Shown here: in pieces, positions 36,993 through 40,504 of the stretch
How the letters are laid out: the number at the start of each line of letters is the position of its first letter
Position numbering within the stretch: the stretch's first letter is position 1
IMG/VR virus record: IMGVR_UViG_3300022895_000228
Location: 1 to 40,504 of that record
Direction: 5' to 3' (one strand)
DNA from: a virus
Taxonomy: Duplodnaviria > Caudoviricetes
DNA length: 40,504 nt
The notes under the pieces: model-generated
Told to the model about the DNA's origin: nothing
Databases searched by the model: none
What the model saw: only the letters and a program-made list of their open reading frames with translations
Program-made: the position numbers and the translations under genes

Positions 36993-37945
36993 GCAATGAA
37001 CTGATTGAAGTCAACAACCAGCCGTCAACCATGACCGCCAGTAATGCAGTATTTAATCCTCAGGCACTGGGACAATTGACATCCTTTGCCAATCTAATGG
37101 CGGATTCAGTAGTGAGTGTGCCCTCGCACTTTGTTGGCAAACCCGCCGACTGTATGGCCGTAGTAATGCAAGCAATGCAATGGGGCATGAACCCATACGC
37201 TGTGGCCCAGAAAACGCACATTGTAAACGGCACCCTTGGTTATGAGGCCCAGCTTGTTAATGCCGTCGTTACCAGCTCAAACGCTGTTCGCGGCCGATTC
37301 CATTACGAGTACACCGGGGACTGGTCAAAATGCACCAGCTCTAAAGAAGTCACCGTTAAAAAACCTGCCAAAGGCGGTGGATCTTACGACAAGGTTGAAC
37401 GTGTTAGAGGCTGGAGTGATCAGGATGAAGCCGGCTTATGCATTCGCGTTGGGGCCGTATTGCGTGGAGAAGAAGAAATCACCTGGGGTGAGCCGGTTTA
37501 TCTTTCCAGCGTGGCGATCCGCAACTCCCCGCTGTGGTCAACAAACCCAAAACAGCAGATCGCCTACCTAGCTGTTAAATACTGGGCTCGGCTGTACTGC
37601 CCTGAAGTGATTCTCGGTGTGTACACGCCAGATGAGTTCGACGCACCACAGCCCCGCGTTGAGCGAGACGTTACCCCTCCAGCAACCAGCGCCGCAGGAC
37701 TGAACAGCCTGATTAACTCCAAGCCAGCAGAAAAGGAAATCAAAAAGGTTAATCAGGATGAACGCACGCCTGACGATTTGCTTGCAGCCTTTACCGAAGC
37801 GGCCACGAAAGCTGCCAGTGTGGAGGAGTTGGACAAGGCCTATAAATACGGCGCCCACGTTCTGGCCAGCCATGAAGAACACCTGCAGTTGGCCACCGAC
37901 GTTTACAACGTTCGCCGCGATGAAATTAACGAAGTCCCTATGTAA
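36989..37945 (+). CDS. recT: RecT-family ssDNA annealing protein
   Basis: VPSHF.GKPADCMA..MQA.QWGMNP.AVAQKTH, W..NPKQQ..YL, P.VILGVYTPDE; start MSNEL. Confidence 0.9.
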   Translation: MSNELIEVNNQPSTMTASNAVFNPQALGQLTSFANLMADSVVSVPSHFVGKPADCMAVVMQAMQWGMNPYAVAQKTHIVNGTLGYEAQLVNAVVTSSNAVRGRFHYEYTGDWSKCTSSKEVTVKKPAKGGGSYDKVERVRGWSDQDEAGLCIRVGAVLRGEEEITWGEPVYLSSVAIRNSPLWSTNPKQQIAYLAVKYWARLYCPEVILGVYTPDEFDAPQPRVERDVTPPATSAAGLNSLINSKPAEKEIKKVNQDERTPDDLLAAFTEAATKAASVEELDKAYKYGAHVLASHEEHLQLATDVYNVRRDEINEVPM

Positions 37946-37985
37946 CCTACCGCCGCGGGGCGAAAGCCCCGCCAAAGGAGTAATC

Positions 37986-38237
37986 ATGAAAGAAGCAATA
38001 GATAAAAAAGAACTCCTCCGGAGGGTGCCTTTGTCTTTTTACACGATCAATGCGCTGGAAAAGGCTGGAAAGTTCCCAAAGCGATTTTCCATCACAGAGG
38101 GGCGTGTAGCGTGGAATGGCGATGAAGTGGAGGTTTGGCTTGATGAGCGGCAAGAGCATGGCACCGGTAAGAAACCGGTAAACATGCCAGATGTTCGCCA
38201 GCGTAAACATCGCCCAGTCCAGGAGCGTGCAGCATGA
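37986..38237 (+). CDS. AlpA-family regulator / probable excisionase
   Basis: SD AAGGAG; ELL..VPLS..TI..LE..G.FPKR......VAW...EV..WL. Confidence 0.85.
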   Translation: MKEAIDKKELLRRVPLSFYTINALEKAGKFPKRFSITEGRVAWNGDEVEVWLDERQEHGTGKKPVNMPDVRQRKHRPVQERAA

Positions 38238-38362
38238 ATATCAAACGGCACCTGATGCGTAATGTGTGGGCCTATATGTTGGCCGGTTTGTTCGTATTCT
38301 GGTTCTTATTGATCGGCATGGTAGTTCTCGCCGTTAAGTTGGCGGAGGTGATCAGTGGGTGA
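38234..38362 (+). CDS. Unannotated 42-aa single-TM protein
   Basis: SD AGGAG, ATGA overlap; MNIKRHLMRNVWAYMLAGLFVFWFLLIGMVVLAVKLAEVISG. Confidence 0.7.
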   Translation: MNIKRHLMRNVWAYMLAGLFVFWFLLIGMVVLAVKLAEVISG

Positions 38363-39016
38363 ACGACAATACGGTCTCATAATGGCAGACCCGCCATGGA
38401 GTTACGGCAACAAGATTAGCAATGGTGCCGCCGGAAACCACTACAGCACAATGACGCTGCAAGACTTAAAGCGGCTTCCGGTCTGGTCGATCGCAGCAGA
38501 AAACAGCGTTCTCGCTATGTGGTACACAGGTACCCATGCGGAGCAGGCAAAGGAACTTGCCACCGCTTGGGGTTTCGACGTCCGACAGATGTTCCTGTTC
38601 ACCTGGGTGAAGTTCAACGAATTGGCAGAGCGCACCATCAACGCCGCGATCGAAGATGGACTAGTCGATTTTTACGACTTCCTCGACTTGCTTAATGGCA
38701 TAACCAGAATGAACCCCGGTAACTACAGTCGCGGCAACCAAGAATCAATGCTCGTTGCTGTACGCGGTACCGGACTCGAGCGCCGGGATGCATCGGTGAA
38801 ACAGGTGATTTACGCACCAATTACGCAGCACAGCGCTAAACCATGGGAGGCCCGCCACCGGCTCGAGCGGCTTTATGGTGACGTGTCACGAATAGAACTT
38901 TTCAGCAGAGTGACGCACCAGGCTGGCATCACTGGGGAAACGAATGCCCGCACAATGACGTTGAGCTGCTACCCGGCGGATTCACCACACCGCAACCAGT
39001 GAGGATCACATCATGA
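38355..39016 (+). pseudogene. MT-A70 family N6-adenine methyltransferase, 1-bp frameshift near 38910
   Basis: ADPPW, HSAKP and IELFSR in frame; the conserved tail DAPGWHHWGNE is in the -1 frame and ends at TGA 39014-39016, overlapping the next ATG. Confidence 0.85.
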
Positions 39017-39300
39017 AGCACAACCGCGACCACGTTATGCAGATCGTGAAGGACCACGAAAATATCGGGCATGCTCAGATCAAGGAACTCTACGAGAAAG
39101 AGCACAAGCCAATATCGGCGCATGCACTCAGCCGCGCGCTGGCCACACTGGTTGATTACCAGTTAATCGAGCGCAAGCTACATGGCAACCAGCCATGCAC
39201 ATACGCGTTTATCGGAGGAAAAAGCCGGTTTTCACAAAGCCCTAAAATTGCTTTCTTTGATCGGTGCCTGGCATCTGTCAACGCTCGACAAAATTGTTAG
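39013..39300 (+). CDS. Hypothetical winged-helix-like protein
   Basis: SD GAGGA; ..ALSRAL..LV...LIER.......Y pattern. Confidence 0.65.
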   Translation: MKHNRDHVMQIVKDHENIGHAQIKELYEKEHKPISAHALSRALATLVDYQLIERKLHGNQPCTYAFIGGKSRFSQSPKIAFFDRCLASVNARQNC

Positions 39301-39304
39301 TTAC

Positions 39305-40504
39305 CTATCCCCTCTCCGCTTCGATCCACCCATCCACCATATTGGCCCACTGCTGCAGCATATCCCGGCGCTGTTCGGCGTACTCCGCTTTGTTGTACAC
39401 CGCACGGACGCCGCGCTGCTCATGGGCCAAACACTTCTCAATCCAATCCGTATTAAATCCTTCTTCATGCAGTATCGTGCTGGCCGTTCTGCGCAGGTCA
39501 TGCACGGTGAAATGCTCAATATCTCCACCTGCCTCGCGTATCTTCTCGTTAGTAGCATTGATCACCCGGTTAAGCGCTGAGTTGGACATAAACTTTCGCG
39601 GGTTATACCTGGCCGGCAGTATGTAGTCGGATCCGCATGCAGACACCTGCAGCGCTACCATAATATCGAGTGCCTGCTGGGATAGATAAACGACATGGGG
39701 ACGCGATGCCTTCATCCGCTCCGCCGGTATCGTCCAGCGCGCCGAGCCAAAATCGACTTCTTTCCAGGTTGCCTCTGTTAGTTCACCCTTGCGTACCATC
39801 GTGATCAGTATCAACTTGATGGCCAGCTTCAACGAGGATGCAGCACCGGTAGCGTTCAGAGCATTGAAAAAGCGACCGATCTCATGTGGCTCAAGCGCGC
39901 GCTCACGCTCTTCAAATGTCGCAATGCTGGATGCTTTGATATTCGCTGCCGGGTTAGACACGGAGTGGCCACGGTCAATAGCATGAGTGAACACAGCGCC
40001 GACAATCTCACGCACCTGGATCGCCGTCGCCCTGGCACCGCGGTCGACTATCTTGTCGCATAGTGCGCGTAACATTGGCGTTGTGATTTCATGGAGAAGT
40101 TTTTTCCCAAGCGTAGGAATAATATCCCTGTCTATCACCGCCTGTTTCATTGCCCGCGTGCTGTCGGCCAAGCGTACATGCTTCATGTATGCGTCGGTAT
40201 AATCGGCAAAATTATCCGCACCTTTGATCTGCATGATACCGTCACGCTTTAGCGCAGCCGGCGACTGGCCTGCTTCTACCATCTTTTTGGCGGTATTGAG
40301 TTCATCCCTGGCCTCGGCCAATGTGATACCGTCAGCACCATAACGCCCAATCGTTAACGTCTCACGGCGTCCGTTCAAACGGTAGTCATATCGGAACGAG
40401 ATAGACCCGCTTGGTTGTACGGCAACATAGAGGCCATCGCGATCGGTGACCTTGTAGAGTTTCTCTCTTGGCTTCAGGTTTTTCAGTTTCGTATCGGTGA
40501 GCAT
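39305..40504 (-). CDS. int: Tyrosine integrase (P4-like, Arm-DNA-binding N-terminus)
   Basis: LTDTKLK.LKP..K.YK..D..GLY; R..EL, HDLRRT and LAH...GV..VY catalytic motifs. Confidence 0.97.
   Translation of the reverse strand: MLTDTKLKNLKPREKLYKVTDRDGLYVAVQPSGSISFRYDYRLNGRRETLTIGRYGADGITLAEARDELNTAKKMVEAGQSPAALKRDGIMQIKGADNFADYTDAYMKHVRLADSTRAMKQAVIDRDIIPTLGKKLLHEITTPMLRALCDKIVDRGARATAIQVREIVGAVFTHAIDRGHSVSNPAANIKASSIATFEERERALEPHEIGRFFNALNATGAASSLKLAIKLILITMVRKGELTEATWKEVDFGSARWTIPAERMKASRPHVVYLSQQALDIMVALQVSACGSDYILPARYNPRKFMSNSALNRVINATNEKIREAGGDIEHFTVHDLRRTASTILHEEGFNTDWIEKCLAHEQRGVRAVYNKAEYAEQRRDMLQQWANMVDGWIEAERG

Larger units (their letters stand above)
303..40504. mobile_element. Epsilon15/SPC32H-like temperate podovirus prophage
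   Basis: Gene order int-recT/recE-rep/cro-replication-terS/terL-portal-capsid-tail tube A/B-ejection proteins-ant-tailspike-lysis-att; second att expected just beyond the right edge. Confidence 0.95.

Overview
The window holds an apparently complete ~40.2 kb epsilon15/phiV10/SPC32H-like (Uetakevirus-type) temperate podovirus prophage of an enterobacterium. It is integrated at the 3' end of guaA: the att core reads 'IEWE*' at 303-317, and 1-302 is host DNA with the displaced terminator. From right to left it carries a tyrosine integrase; an early operon (MT-A70 methylase, AlpA-like Xis, RecT, RecE/ExoVIII); HolE/Hot, Rep repressor and Cro; replication genes; TraR and a C5-methylase; terS/terL; portal, scaffold and capsid; tail adaptor and nozzle; three ejection proteins; a moron region with the SPC32H-type antirepressor; an SGNH-esterase tailspike; and a holin/SAR-endolysin/spanin cassette. 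The most notable unannotated element is a ~225-nt putative structured ncRNA (23988-24211). It has two long, related hairpins that each expose ACUUAAAC, a promoter covered by a repressor operator and its own terminator, and it lies next to a 2-TM coiled-coil moron. Other points: ten perfect TTACC-N5-GGTAA operators across the genome; a broken SOS box at ant but a perfect one at an unknown 85-aa gene; a GNAT-like gene paired with an unannotated 53-aa ORF; a paralogous membrane-protein pair; and single-base frameshifts in terL and the MT-A70 gene. Family assignments come from motif recognition and recall, not from database searches.
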